Positions 37,101 through 46,000 of a stretch of DNA of 64,000 nt are shown here, piece by piece; position 1 is the stretch's first letter, and every line of letters begins with the position of its first letter. The notes below the pieces were generated by a model. That model searched no databases, was not told where the DNA came from, and saw only the letters and a program-made list of their open reading frames with translations. The stretch is taken from positions 36,270,001 through 36,334,000 of the forward strand of contig CM075985.1 of the NCBI GenBank assembly GCA_038087875.1. The letters run 5' to 3'. This DNA is from Malacoraja senta. Taxonomy: Eukaryota. Position numbers and translations under genes: made by a program.

Positions 37101-38408
37101 GTGGTGGTGGAAACAGGTAAGATATTGGTGTTTATACACAAACATGCAGGGATTGGAGGGATATAGATCTTCAGGCAGATGGGATTAGGTTAATTTGGCA
37201 TCCTGTCAACAGATATTGTGGGCCACAGGGCCTGTTCCTGTGGTATGTTCTATGACCATGATGAATTTCTCTGAGAGGGGAAAAATAGCTGATCATTTTT
37301 CCTGACGTGATGATTAATAGAACACAAAATGTTGGAGTAACACAGCGGGACAGGCAGCATCCCTGGAGAAAAGGAATAGGCGGTGTTTCAGGTCGAGACC
37401 CTTCTTCGGACAGAGTTAGGGTAGAGGGAAACTGGAGGTATGAAAAGGTACAGAACAAATCAGAGCTGGCATCTTCTTCTAGCTTACGGCGTGCAGTCTA
37501 AAGTTGTAAGGCAACTTGTTCTGTTTGATCTTTTGTTTGTGCATGCCAGGTTGATTGCATTCGTCGAAACAGGGTGGACCACGTGAAGGCTGCAATCTCC
37601 CACCCCAGAGCTGGCATTGATAACCCAGGAAAGGTGGAGCCCACAATGGTCTAATGTTGGCTGTGGAAGAGGCGATAACGAAGGGAAACAAACAGTGAAG
37701 CTAGTATGACGACTAGGGTGGGGGAGGGATGGAGAGAGGGAAAGCAAGAAGTTAGAGAAATCAATATTCATACTGTTGAGTCGTAAGCTGCCCAAGCGAA
37801 ATATGAGGTGCTGTTCCTTCAATTTGCATGTGGCCTCACTCTGACTGTGGAGGAGGCCCAGGACGGAAAGGTCAGTGTGGGAATAGGGAGGGGAGTTAAA
37901 ATGTTTGGCAACCTGGAGATCGCGTAGGCCAAGGTGTTCAGCGCAACTATCGACCAGTCTGCGCTTGGTCTCACTGATATATAGTTCACACCGGGAGCAA
38001 CAGATACAGTAGATGAGGCTGGAGGAGGTGCAAGTAAACCTCTGCCTCACCTAACAGGACTGTTGCGGTCCCTGGATGGAGCCGAAGGAGGAGGTATAGG
38101 GGCAGGTGTTGCATCTCCTGCGGTTGATGCGAGGAGAACATCAGTTTCTGCATTGACCTACCAATCTGGATGAAGTCTTTATCTTGCAAGACATCGCCGA
38201 TGGCATCATTAGGATCTAACAGACTCGGCCCCTGACAGCGTTTCACCAGGAACGTCATATCTTCCACACAGCCCAGGTCACCGTCATCCGCCTTCGCTTT
38301 TGTGTAGCGCCTCAGAGCTTCCCGTCCCAACCACTGGATGTTATAAGATAAATCTTTACAGGGAACTGTCAGCCATTCATCCTTCACACGCACAGTGAAA
38401 GAAAGCAT
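2048..38408 (-). CDS. HAL: Histidine ammonia-lyase-family gene (MIO-dependent aromatic amino-acid lyase), 18 coding exons in window, 3' end outside window; His->Thr at the specificity position
   Basis: join(38408-38162,32289-32235,26490-26469,26035-25961,25544-25472,25338-25272,22481-22444,19970-19845,19046-18907,17646-17599,15885-15738,10344-10249,9800-9742,8030-7950,6593-6528,3576-3411,2902-2768,2156-2048) = 1751 nt, open throughout, all introns GT..AG. Exon sizes and phases match human HAL as recalled, except the two short N-terminal exons. Motifs [44 protein letters not shown]. Confidence 0.96.
2768..2902 (-). CDS. HAL: HAL exon 18 equivalent (135 nt)
   Basis: (V)[44 protein letters not shown]. 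Confidence 0.98.
3411..3576 (-). CDS. HAL: HAL exon 17 equivalent (166 nt)
   Basis: [55 protein letters not shown]. Confidence 0.97.
5784..6096 (-). mobile_element. tRNA-derived V-SINE (HE1-like)
   Basis: A box GTGGCGCAGTGG, B-box-like GGTTCAATTC, central TCCTCCCACACTC domain, CR1-like tail with (CTAAA)n. Confidence 0.85.
6528..6593 (-). CDS. HAL: HAL exon 16 equivalent (66 nt)
   Basis: [22 protein letters not shown]. Confidence 0.97.
6594..7949 (-). other. U12-type GT-AG intron of HAL
   Basis: Donor GTATCCTTC; branch-like TTCTTAAT at 6611-6604, about 12 nt from the AG. Confidence 0.85.
6945..7785 (-). mobile_element. Non-autonomous Helitron-like element (3' end at 6945), with an internal G/GT-rich tract
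   Basis: Minus-strand end GGGACCC-AAA-GGGTCCC hairpin + ACTTAGTATAG, homologous to the CTAG ends at 29600, 29613 and 55671; interrupts a CR1 fragment; 5' boundary approximate. Confidence 0.6.
7950..8030 (-). CDS. HAL: HAL exon 15 equivalent (81 nt) with U12-type donor
   Basis: [27 protein letters not shown]|gtatccttct. Confidence 0.97.
9370..9668 (+). mobile_element. tRNA-derived V-SINE (HE1-like)
   Basis: Same consensus; related minus-strand copies at about 8270-8566 and 9095-9310. Confidence 0.8.
9742..9800 (-). CDS. HAL: HAL exon 14 equivalent (59 nt)
   Basis: (G)[19 protein letters not shown]. Confidence 0.97.
10249..10344 (-). CDS. HAL: HAL exon 13 equivalent (96 nt)
   Basis: (D)[31 protein letters not shown]. 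Confidence 0.96.
10403..12695 (+). mobile_element. CR1 (HER1-like) LINE 3' fragment split by the Tc1 insertion
   Basis: [11 protein letters not shown] before Tc1 continues as ...[12 protein letters not shown]...LEYCVQFW...LERVQRRF after it. Confidence 0.85.
10460..12025 (+). mobile_element. Tc1-family DNA transposon (DD34E), about 210-bp TIRs, TA TSD; transposase broken by N-terminal deletions
   Basis: TA|CAGTGGCTTGCAAAAGTATTC ... TTTTGCAAGCCACTG|TA; ATG at 10836 ([18 protein letters not shown]), GRPPK, ORF 11025-11807 with [22 protein letters not shown] (34 aa spacing). Confidence 0.96.
12853..13140 (+). mobile_element. tRNA-derived V-SINE (HE1-like)
   Basis: Full head-to-tail match to the other copies. 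Confidence 0.85.
13988..14850 (+). mobile_element. CR1 LINE 3' fragments
   Basis: LQLYKTL...[18 protein letters not shown] remnants. Confidence 0.75.
15738..15885 (-). CDS. HAL: HAL exon 12 equivalent (148 nt)
   Basis: [49 protein letters not shown]. Confidence 0.97.
16091..16274. mobile_element. Penelope-derived short element arranged as a fold-back, with a 14-bp target duplication
   Basis: ~75-bp inverted arms 16089-16243; flanking direct repeat ACAATAAAGTAAAA at 16077-16090 and 16275-16288. Confidence 0.75.
17599..17646 (-). CDS. HAL: HAL exon 11 equivalent (48 nt)
   Basis: [16 protein letters not shown]. Confidence 0.95.
18907..19046 (-). CDS. HAL: HAL exon 10 equivalent (140 nt), MIO-forming ASG at 18997-19005
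   Basis: [46 protein letters not shown]. Confidence 0.98.
19075..19289. mobile_element. PIF/Harbinger-like MITE
   Basis: TAA|AGGGCCTGTCCCACTTGGGC ... GCCCAAGTGGGACAGGCGCT|TAA. Confidence 0.85.
19347..19806 (+). mobile_element. tRNA-derived V-SINE (HE1-like) plus a tandem partial copy
   Basis: GGTTCGATCC B box; tail (CTAAAGT)n; further copies at about 17970-18235 and 18470-18735 on the minus strand. Confidence 0.8.
19845..19970 (-). CDS. HAL: HAL exon 9 equivalent (126 nt)
   Basis: [41 protein letters not shown]. Confidence 0.97.
20330..21000 (+). repeat. G-rich degenerate repeat (GGGTTCAGAGGGG-like)
   Basis: Purine-rich tract with many G3-G7 runs. Confidence 0.75.
21690..21997. mobile_element. 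PIF/Harbinger-like MITE
   Basis: TAA|GGGGCTATCCCACTGTA ... TACAGTGGGACAGGCCCT|TAA. Confidence 0.75.
22444..22481 (-). CDS. HAL: HAL exon 8 equivalent (38 nt), specificity motif
   Basis: ttttttacag|G GAG CTC CAG GAG AAC ATT ATA CAC TCC ACT GCT GTT G|gtatgt = [12 protein letters not shown](G); same size and phases as the human exon. Confidence 0.93.
22575..24370 (+). mobile_element. Tx1/L1-clade LINE 3' fragments (duplicated 3' end, A-tail), interrupted by the TIR element
   Basis: [26 protein letters not shown]...[10 protein letters not shown]; second copy of the 3' segment at about 24075-24370 ending in an A-run. Confidence 0.65.
22950..23994. mobile_element. Non-autonomous TIR DNA transposon (1045 bp), hAT-like, 7-bp TSD
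   Basis: TIRs TAGGTATGTTACAAAACTT / TAGCAATGTTACAAAATTT; TSD TATTATG / TATTACG; no ORF. Confidence 0.75.
24371..25277. repeat. Minisatellite: ~43-bp core (AGTGTGACAGATAGTCTCACAGTACAGTGTCACATTAGAATAC) plus variable (AC)n, about 12 units
   Basis: Directly visible tandem units; last unit overlaps the HAL exon 7 donor. Confidence 0.95.
24861..25052. mobile_element. PIF/Harbinger-like MITE inserted in a minisatellite
   Basis: ATA|AGGGCCTGTCCC ... GGGACAGGCCCT|ATA; the host repeat unit (gacagATAgtc) shows the 3-bp TSD. Confidence 0.88.
25272..25338 (-). CDS. HAL: HAL exon 7 equivalent (67 nt), catalytic Tyr loop
   Basis: [21 protein letters not shown](V). Confidence 0.96.
25472..25544 (-). CDS. 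HAL: HAL exon 6 equivalent (73 nt)
   Basis: [24 protein letters not shown](V). Confidence 0.93.
25961..26035 (-). CDS. HAL: HAL exon 5 equivalent (75 nt)
   Basis: [25 protein letters not shown], ag/gt flanks. Confidence 0.95.
26096..26406 (-). mobile_element. tRNA-derived V-SINE (HE1-like)
   Basis: Full-length copy between HAL exon 4 and exon 5 equivalents. Confidence 0.85.
26469..26490 (-). CDS. HAL: HAL microexon (human exon 4 equivalent, 22 nt; possible alternative 31-nt form from 26499)
   Basis: TCCTTAAT branch ...gcag|A ATG CAT TCA AAT ACT CAG CAG|gtaagt; restores frame between the flanking exons. Confidence 0.78.
26618..27910 (-). mobile_element. CR1 (HER1-like) LINE, degraded RT and 3' end
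   Basis: [49 protein letters not shown]; frameshifted. Confidence 0.9.
28052..28850 (+). mobile_element. Rex1/Babar-like LINE fragment
   Basis: [45 protein letters not shown]; (TAT)n tail. Confidence 0.8.
28895..31055. mobile_element. Cluster of non-autonomous Helitron-like elements: + copy 28895-29600, - copy 29613-30339, further partial - copy to about 31055
   Basis: CTAG 3' ends facing each other across (TA)n; minus-strand 5' end TCTATATAATTAAAAG at 30339; mutual inverted similarity; embedded in a LINE tail. Confidence 0.7.
30341..30670. repeat. 19-bp tandem repeat (GGCAAGGCAAYTTTAATTA, ~11 copies) followed by a 31-bp repeat (~4 copies)
   Basis: Directly visible. Confidence 0.95.
32235..32289 (-). 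CDS. HAL: HAL exon (human exon 3 equivalent, 55 nt) with U12-type donor
   Basis: ccatttcag|(V)[17 protein letters not shown](L)|gtatcctttc; phases fit neighbours; start resembles human VIEGD. Confidence 0.85.
33199..33514. mobile_element. PIF/Harbinger-like MITE in a CR1 fragment
   Basis: AGGGCCTGTACCACGGGCATGCGAC ... GTCGCATGCCCGTGGGACAGGCCCT; TAA/TTA flanks. Confidence 0.85.
34184..34638. mobile_element. PIF/Harbinger-like MITE (longer relative of the 33199 copy)
   Basis: AGGGCCTGTCCCACGGGCATGCG ... TGGGACAGGCCCT|TAA; CpG-rich interior. Confidence 0.85.
35700..37260 (+). mobile_element. CR1 LINE, heavily degraded
   Basis: [27 protein letters not shown]-like remnants with stops. Confidence 0.8.
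37290..38125 (-). mobile_element. Penelope-like element fragment (GIY-YIG endonuclease region plus terminal repeat)
   Basis: [31 protein letters not shown]...EHL...HFN...[11 protein letters not shown]...MNIDF. Confidence 0.85.
38162..38408 (-). CDS. HAL: HAL first coding exon (247 coding nt; acceptor AG at 38457-38456, so the exon starts at 38455)
   Basis: [35 protein letters not shown]...DFIQI vs human MPRYTVHVRGEWLAVPC...; donor G|gtagg. Confidence 0.95.
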
Positions 38409-38418
38409 CGTTAATTAG

Positions 38419-38445
38419 TCAGCAGTCAGAATCACCAGAAAGCAT
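38419..38445 (-). promoter_or_regulatory. Upstream ORF (MLSGDSDC*) in the HAL 5'UTR
   Basis: ATG CTT TCT GGT GAT TCT GAC TGC TGA, inside the exon and ending 10 nt before the main ATG. Confidence 0.55.
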
Positions 38446-39217
38446 CTGCACACTCCTGCAAATAAAATGACCAAGGGACGTTGTCAATTTATAGTCAATG
38501 TACATTAAAAATTACCAGAATTTCTTGCATAATTTGCTAAACCTCAACAAGCCTTCTCACTTGACCTGCTAACAATCATTGCAATGAATAAGTAAAGAAA
38601 CCAATTTATTTTTATTCTAAATTTAATATTATACCTGATTTCTTTAATTCTGGGTATATAATTAATTTGGACCTGCTGATACAAGCTAAAAAAAGTCAGC
38701 ATGGTTGACTCTGGTAACAAGTTACTTGGTACAGTACATGAGTGTTGGGTTGAGCAAGCCAGGAAGACCAGCACAGTGGCACAGATAGAGCAGATGCCTC
38801 AAGCTCCAGATTTGGGTACGATCCTGCCCCCTGGTGTTGCCTGTGTGGAGGTGCACATTTTCCGTGACCACACAGGTTCCCTCCTGCATCTCATAAATGT
38901 GCAGGTATGGTGCTGACGTGGCTACTTTAAATTAACCCTAGTGTGTTGGAGTTGATGAGAATGTGGGGCAAACATTGATGGTTGTCCCGGACTTGGTGCG
39001 CTAAATGACCCATGTCCATGTGTATATCTGAATGACTGAGGTAAACCAATCTGAAACAGCTTTGCAAATCTTGCCCGTCACCTGGTGCTTATGGTTAAGC
39101 CACATTATACCACAAGGCCACTTCCCAGTCACTTTCCAAAAAGGATCTAAGTTAGAGTGTGGTATAATTAAATTGGTTAATCTAAGACCAAAATTACATT
39201 GGTAAAAAGATGCTGTA

Positions 39218-39510
39218 GTTTAGTTTTAGTTTAGAGAAGCAGCGTAGAAACAGGCCCTTCGGCCCAATGAGTCTGCACTGACAAGCGATCACCCCGTACA
39301 CTCGCACTATCCTATACACTAGGGACAATTTTTACATTTACACCAAGCCAATTAACCTACAAACATGTACGTCTTTGGAGTGTGGAGCTCCCGGAGAAAA
39401 CCCACGCAGTCACGGGGAGAACGTACAAACTTCGTACAGACAACACCCGTAGTCAGGATCGAACCCGGGTCTGCTGTATGGCAGCAACTCCATCGCTGCA
39501 CCACCATGTC
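39218..39510 (-). mobile_element. tRNA-derived V-SINE (HE1-like)
   Basis: Same consensus. Confidence 0.85.
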
Positions 39511-41454
39511 GCCAAAGCTGTAGATAGAGCTGAGTGTGCCAATTAGTGGATCCAATTAAAGTCCAACGGATAGACACAAAATGCTGGAGTAATTTGTGTC
39601 TATCTTTGGTGTAAACCAGCATCTGCAGGTCATTCTTACACAAAGTCCACCAAGCTTGTCTCATGTGTCATAATTAGGCATTTAAACAGCAAAAAGGTTG
39701 AGATAGCTCCAATATCTTTATCTCACCTTTCGTAATAGTAGACCCCAGCACACCAATGTTTTAGCTTAGCAACCATCTTTGGTTAAAAAAAACTCAGTAA
39801 CTCAGGCAACATCTCTGGAGAACCTGGATAGGTGACGTTTTGGGTCGGGACCCTTCTAAAATTGCTGTGCAACTTTGAAAAGGGTGCAAACATTTCTCAA
39901 ACTATAATCATCTGGAAAGTACAAAATGTGGACACATTTTCCACACACGTCACCTGCTTCCTTGGCATGTTCAGAGTGCACTGCAGATCCTTGTTTCTAC
40001 CCTCTTCTGTATTTTAATGTTGAAAAGGCTGAATTATGTTAAAAATATAAGAAAATATTAAATGGATTCCTGGGCCAGCTTACAACATATTTAGACTCAA
40101 ATCAGGCTTTTCTCCAGTAGATTGATACAGAAAGGAAAGTCTAGACTTGCCTCAGGTTGCTGTGTATTAAGATAATGAATGACTTTAAAATTCGTCTACC
40201 ATTTGACAAGAGAGGAAGCCCAGATTAATCCCAGTAAGTGGTATTGAGATAATGTCCGATGCGATGCCTTTGAGGTATGCAGTGACTGATGACTTTGATA
40301 TGCAAGTATCTTGTACCAAATGTTCAATGCCTTTGATATGTAAAGTCCTTGTACCATATGACAAGATGCCTTTGATGTGACGAGTCAAGACACATCCTGT
40401 AGTAATGTTTGGTACACAAAAATGCTGGAGAAACTGATGCAGCAGCATCTATGGAGCGAAGGAGATAGGCAACGTTTTGGGCCAAAACCCTTCTTCAGAC
40501 TGTTTATTCTCTGTACCTCTGACCATGACTAATGTTTGTGGAATGTGCTAAGGTGACAAAAAAACACTATATAATACCATGAAATTCTGTTGTTCAGAGA
40601 AGTGGACTGAGGACAGCCAAGTGAAAGTATTGCTCACTTGACTGGGGTTTCCTTGCCACTTCCATCGGTCGATAATAAGTAAAGTTTTGAACTGGTCTAC
40701 CAACCGTATTGTGAGTTGTCTGTTTATTAAGAAGCTAACCTGTTTGTTATAAAAGTTACTTACCAGTTCACTCTCAATTTTTCTCTATCTTTAGTAGTTT
40801 GGTCCCTGCTGCTGCATTCTGAATAATTCTCAATAATACTTTTGCTACTGTGTGATCTAGTTTGAAAAAATATTCCTTGACCTCCTTTGTTAACCATAGT
40901 TGGTTCATCTTTTTCATTGATTCACTCTCTAATTGGGATATCCCACTGCTGAATATATTGCAAAATAGCTGTCACTCATCGTACACCATTCTTTCTGCCT
41001 ATTTTTATAGTCCACTATACTTTCGTACCTTTGTAATTGACCTTATTTGAGATCACTGGTTTTGAATCGGGGGTATTTGCCTGAAACTGTGGCTGCGGTT
41101 CAACACAAGTTGTGATTGCGACTTTCCAGACGATCCTTAAGCACAAGATCTCTTTCAATCCTATTTTGTTACACTTGCCTAATCTGAAATAAGATGAAGT
41201 GGGAGTTACTTGCCAGAACGGGTAATAGTTTGCGAGGTGGGAACTGTGGAGGAACAAATAGGAATTGCAAAATTAACATAAGCAAAATGAGGTTATAGCT
41301 GCCATGGGGTTTGGATTGAGCTCTGTTTGTTGTTCTGTGTGTCAGAGGTGCATAATTTACAGCTGTACTTCTTTGGAGTGTGGGAGGAAACCGGAGCTCC
41401 CGGAGAAAACCCACGTGGGTCACGGGGAGAACGCACAAACTTCGTACAGACAAA

Positions 41455-41700
41455 AGGGCCTGCCCCACTTGGCGATTTTTTTCGGCAACTGCCGGCATAA
41501 TTGACTGACGTACCAGGTCACCGAAAAAGTTGCGGCGTGATGCGACGGTGACGTGGCGTGATGACGTATTGACGCGCGGTGTCCCCTCAAGTGTCGCAAC
41601 ATTTTTTTTGTCGAAATGTTCAAAATCTTTCGGCAAACCTGATACGTCAGTCAATGACGCCGGCAGTCACCAAAAAAAATCGCCAGGTGGGACAGGCCCT
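41455..41700. mobile_element. PIF/Harbinger-like MITE inside a SINE
   Basis: AAA|AGGGCCTGCCCCACTTGGCGATTTTTT ... AAAAAATCGCCAGGTGGGACAGGCCCT|AAA. Confidence 0.85.
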
Positions 41701-42685
41701 AAACAGACGCAGTCAAGACAAAACCTGGGTTTCAGGTGCTGCAGCGCAGCAACTCTAGCGCTGCACCACTGTGCTGTATTAGTTTTCTTTAACATAACCA
41801 CCTTCTGCTTACACTAGGCTTCTGCAACCACCTGACAAAGCCATTCTCAATTCTCCTCTTCCACTTATAGGCATCGACCAGGAATTCCCATGAGTCACCC
41901 CAAAACTGAGGCAGTGTTCCAGAGATGGGCAGAAACTTTTGATAACAAAGAACCATACGTAATATCAAAATGGAAGCCCCTTAAATAAGCTTTTGGGTTC
42001 TACTTTTGATTAATTTGATAAAATTGGTGTGCAACTTTGAAGACAGCGAGAGCATCTGGTAAATGTAAAATGTGGATAGATTCTCCACAATACAGTTCCA
42101 TCATTGTGTAGAAGGGAATTGCAGATGCTGGTTTACACCATAGACACAAAATGCTGGAGTAACTCAACGGGTCAGGCAGCATTCTCTGGAGAAAAGGAAT
42201 AGGTGACGTTTGTGGTCGAGTCCCTTCTTCAGACCTGGTCTCCTGAGTAACTCCAGCATTTTGTATCTATCTACTGTTCTATGATCGGCATGTTTAAATT
42301 GAAAGAGATTTTAAATTCATATGATTATAGTTGACACTGGTTATGCTTTATTTAATGCCCTTCCCCAGATTCACCACGCTGTCTAAGGACATTCCTCTGC
42401 ACCTCCATTCTAAAGGTACACCCTTTAATTCCAAGGATGGACCCTCTGGTCCTAGACTCCCACTACTAATGATGGGATCCCTACAAGAGATAGGGTGGGA
42501 GGAGTTGCAGTCGAGATAGCTGCAGCAGTCAGTGTTTAAAGGAAATATCAGTGCAAAGTTTGAATCCTGAATTGGAAATATGGGAATCCCTCATGCAAGG
42601 ATATCAACGGCAAAGGGTAACCATTTAGGTTGAATATTAGCAGGCTTACATTGAATATTAAAAGACAATCAGGGTAATGACAAAT

Positions 42686-42841
42686 TTTATTTCAAACTTA
42701 TTTCGTAAAACAATAGAATTCAAGACTGCTTTCAGAACAATTCTATTCCACTTTAAACTAAGTGGAAACGGATTGGAATCAACAAATAATTTAATCATAA
42801 TTTTGTGATTAGAAGTATCTAGATAATCAAGGTGCTTTATT
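42686..42841 (-). terminator. Candidate LTA4H polyadenylation signals (AATAAA at 42841-42836 and 42691-42686)
   Basis: Canonical hexamers about 45 and 195 nt after the stop codon; which one is used cannot be told from sequence. Confidence 0.5.
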
Positions 42842-42886
42842 TTGCATTTTAATCCAAAAAGCTACAAATATGGTAGTAGTCAATGA

Positions 42887-43004
42887 TCAGACGAGGTGGA
42901 GGTCCTTGGCCACAAGAGCAGCTGTGATCGGATGCATGGTGGGCTTGTTTGTCGTAAAGGTATCAATTGCTTGCTGACGAGCCTTTTCAAAGTTGTACAG
43001 TTCC
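42887..43004 (-). CDS. LTA4H: LTA4H last coding exon (118 nt to stop)
   Basis: [38 protein letters not shown]. Confidence 0.96.
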
Positions 43005-46000
43005 CTGTAACATTCAGTGAATAACATTAAAGAACTATCTAAAATGCAGAAAATGTAACATCGTTCTAACTTTGGGGTTCAGACAGATCCCAGTTTTGGC
43101 ACATTTTTATACAAACAACCAAATGTAATTAATACTGATTATATTTGAGAGTACACGTGGTCCTCAGAAAATAAAATCCAAATAAGGTTTTACAACTGTA
43201 GGTTTACTGGGCACTTTTATGAATTATTTTGATTAAAATATCATGGCCATTGTACAAGTAAAGAATTCAGCTCAGCATCAAAATTACCAATCACATATAG
43301 ATGCAGATTACCACTCCAGTGACTATAATTTAATACATTCTAATTTACACAAGGGACACACTTGCAGTAAAGATCACACTTGCATTAAAGATCCTGGGTT
43401 TATTTTGATAGAATACAATTCTTTAAATTGTAAAAAAAATCATGAAATTAAATATTTTTCAATGTTACACAAGAGATATAGCTAAATTGATAATGTTTGT
43501 CAATGAGCAATTTCCAATTGCTGCACAATCATGGTTTTCATGCAATCTTCTACTTTACATTGCCATCATTCCAATCTGCATCGAACACAATATTGGAGCA
43601 GCTCATCCAATGCAATTTAATATTTGGTCAAATTCATGGACATTTCTGACATTGCTCCCCCTTTTCTGGATTCCCCTACTTCCAATTCAAGATTCAAACT
43701 TTACGCTGACATTTACCATAAACGCCCAGACTTCCCACAGCTATCTCGACTGCATCACTTCCAACCCAATCTCTTGTAAGGATCACAGCCTCAGAAAAAA
43801 AGGGTCCACCTTTAGAAGAGAGGTGAAGAGGAATTTTTCGGGGCAATTTCTTTAGACAGATTGGTGAATTCATTATCATAGATGGCTGTGGAGGCCAAAT
43901 CATTGGGTATTTTTAAAGTGATTGATAGGTTTTAGATTAGGAAGGACATCAAAGGTTACGTGGAGAAGGCAGGAGAATGGGGTTGAGAGGGAAATAGATC
44001 AGTTGTGATCGAATGGAAGATGGGCCAAATGGCCTAATTCTTCTCCTATGCGTTTTGATGATCCAGTTTTTCTTTCTCCAACGGATTTGTTCTCAAGACG
44101 AAACTTTCCATTCCAGAACATCTGAGAAGTCCTCCCTTTTCAGGAAATTTGACTTCCTGCTAATGTGGTTAGAATTTCCATGTGGTTCACATTTCCTCTA
44201 CTTCCTGAACCTACTCTCATCCCGCCTGCCTCCGAAACATTAAATGCAGTAATATAACCACACTTGCACACCCCTACTAATTAAAGCATACATTAAAGCA
44301 AAGATCACAGAGCAACTATGTAATCGTCAAGTTAGAAAGGTACCTGTAAAGTGGTCGAGTGAACTTCATTCTGCCTTGCACAGTAACCATTTCCAAAGCA
44401 AGAGGAATGGCTTTCTCCCAATGACTTCGGAGGCATAATCTCAGCCATCTTGTAAAAAAAGTTTTCAAAAAGTGTTGAAACAATTACTAACAATATTACT
44501 CGGTTCAAATGGCAAAGTGACTTGAGGCTATATATAGGGCGATGCCATGACTGGTGCAAGCTTTGGACAGTTGAGCACAGTTTTAGATAGTTTAGATCTT
44601 GTGATGTAAAAGGTCCTAACCTTAATGAACCCGTTAAAATATCAAAATTATTCATATTAAATTTGCATAATTTAATTGATAAACAATTTAATTTTAAGCA
44701 TTGGAATATGTTTATGCTTTGAGTCTGTCATTTTCCTTTGCTCAAGATGTCAATTTATAGTTCCTGTACCAATACTCTAGCAACATGAGACACTGAGATC
44801 TTGTGGTAAGTGATTCTCTAATGATGATCACAGGTGAGGAGTGCAAATGAATCTTGCTGGGATGAGTGTAGCTCCAACAATATTAGTCAGGCGACAAGAC
44901 ACTTGAACAACATAAGGAGCAATGCAGCAACTCAAAGCTTCATCACAGCATCTCCCACGACCTCGTCTGCCCATGTCTGCTGCCCTTGTCCTACATGACC
45001 TGCAAGTTAATCTCCAAATCTTATATTGTACTACCTTAGAAATACATTACTATTAGCTCATACTCCCGGGCCAAAATCTTAGAACTCCCTTCCCAACACC
45101 ATATAATTAGCTGTAGCATAAAGACAGCAGGGGTTCAAATGGCAACTCACAGCATTTTAAAGGGGAAATACAGAAGGGTATTCAATACTGGCTTTACCCG
45201 TTAGACCAAAATTCTATTGATTTTAAACATTTTGCTGCATTCGGCCATTATAACGACCTGCTTATGCTGTACTTCCTTGCTCTATTTATCTTTTACCAGC
45301 TCATTTACCAAGGGCCTTTCTTGGGAAAGGATTGACTCATGCAGGCATGCCTTTTTTATGCCAATTATAATTTGTGGGGACATTATTTAACCGATCACTC
45401 ATATGAAGCTACGTAATCAAGGTGGACATGAGAAGACTGGAAAAAGTATGATTTTCCCAGGTTTCTTCATTTCTGAAAAGACATTCAAATTCACATTTTC
45501 ACCCCACAAACATTGAGAATTTTCATTAAATTCTACCTGAATTTTATCTCTGCATTTTTGACGTTGTTAAATTTGTAAAGATCTTGCATTCTTTTCACAT
45601 TGTTGAGTCGCAGTGGAGGCTAAAATCCAGAGAAAAGTTGTTACTGGAAAATATATTGTATTATCATTAACTGAACACCATCTCACCATTTTTAATACCA
45701 TTTCACCCCGTTGCAAAATATTACATAAACATTTTCTTCTAAGCAGCTATTTTAAGAACATTTTACCATCATTTTGGATTTTTTGTCAATAGATTAATTG
45801 CTCCAAACTAAAATATTTGAATTCTGTCATATTTGCTGCATTTTAAAAATAATTAAAAATGAGCAATTGAAATTTCATTGGAAGACAGAACTTTGAACTC
45901 TGCCTGGGGTGTAATTATTTATACCATTTTGTAATCCAGAAAACTAAATGCTGGGTTGAATTTAAAACTGCTGTCGAACAAAGGGCCACATTCATTATTG

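Noticed and set aside
37986-38408. 140-aa ORF that looks like a HAL-Penelope fusion
   Set aside because: It is read-through past the GT donor at 38161 into an intronic Penelope fragment, out of frame with the endonuclease.
39715-39960. Donor-like sites (AAG|gtgaga near 39727; CAG|gtgacg near 39953) as the end of a non-coding first HAL exon
   Set aside because: Plausible, but the two cannot be distinguished or supported without transcript data.
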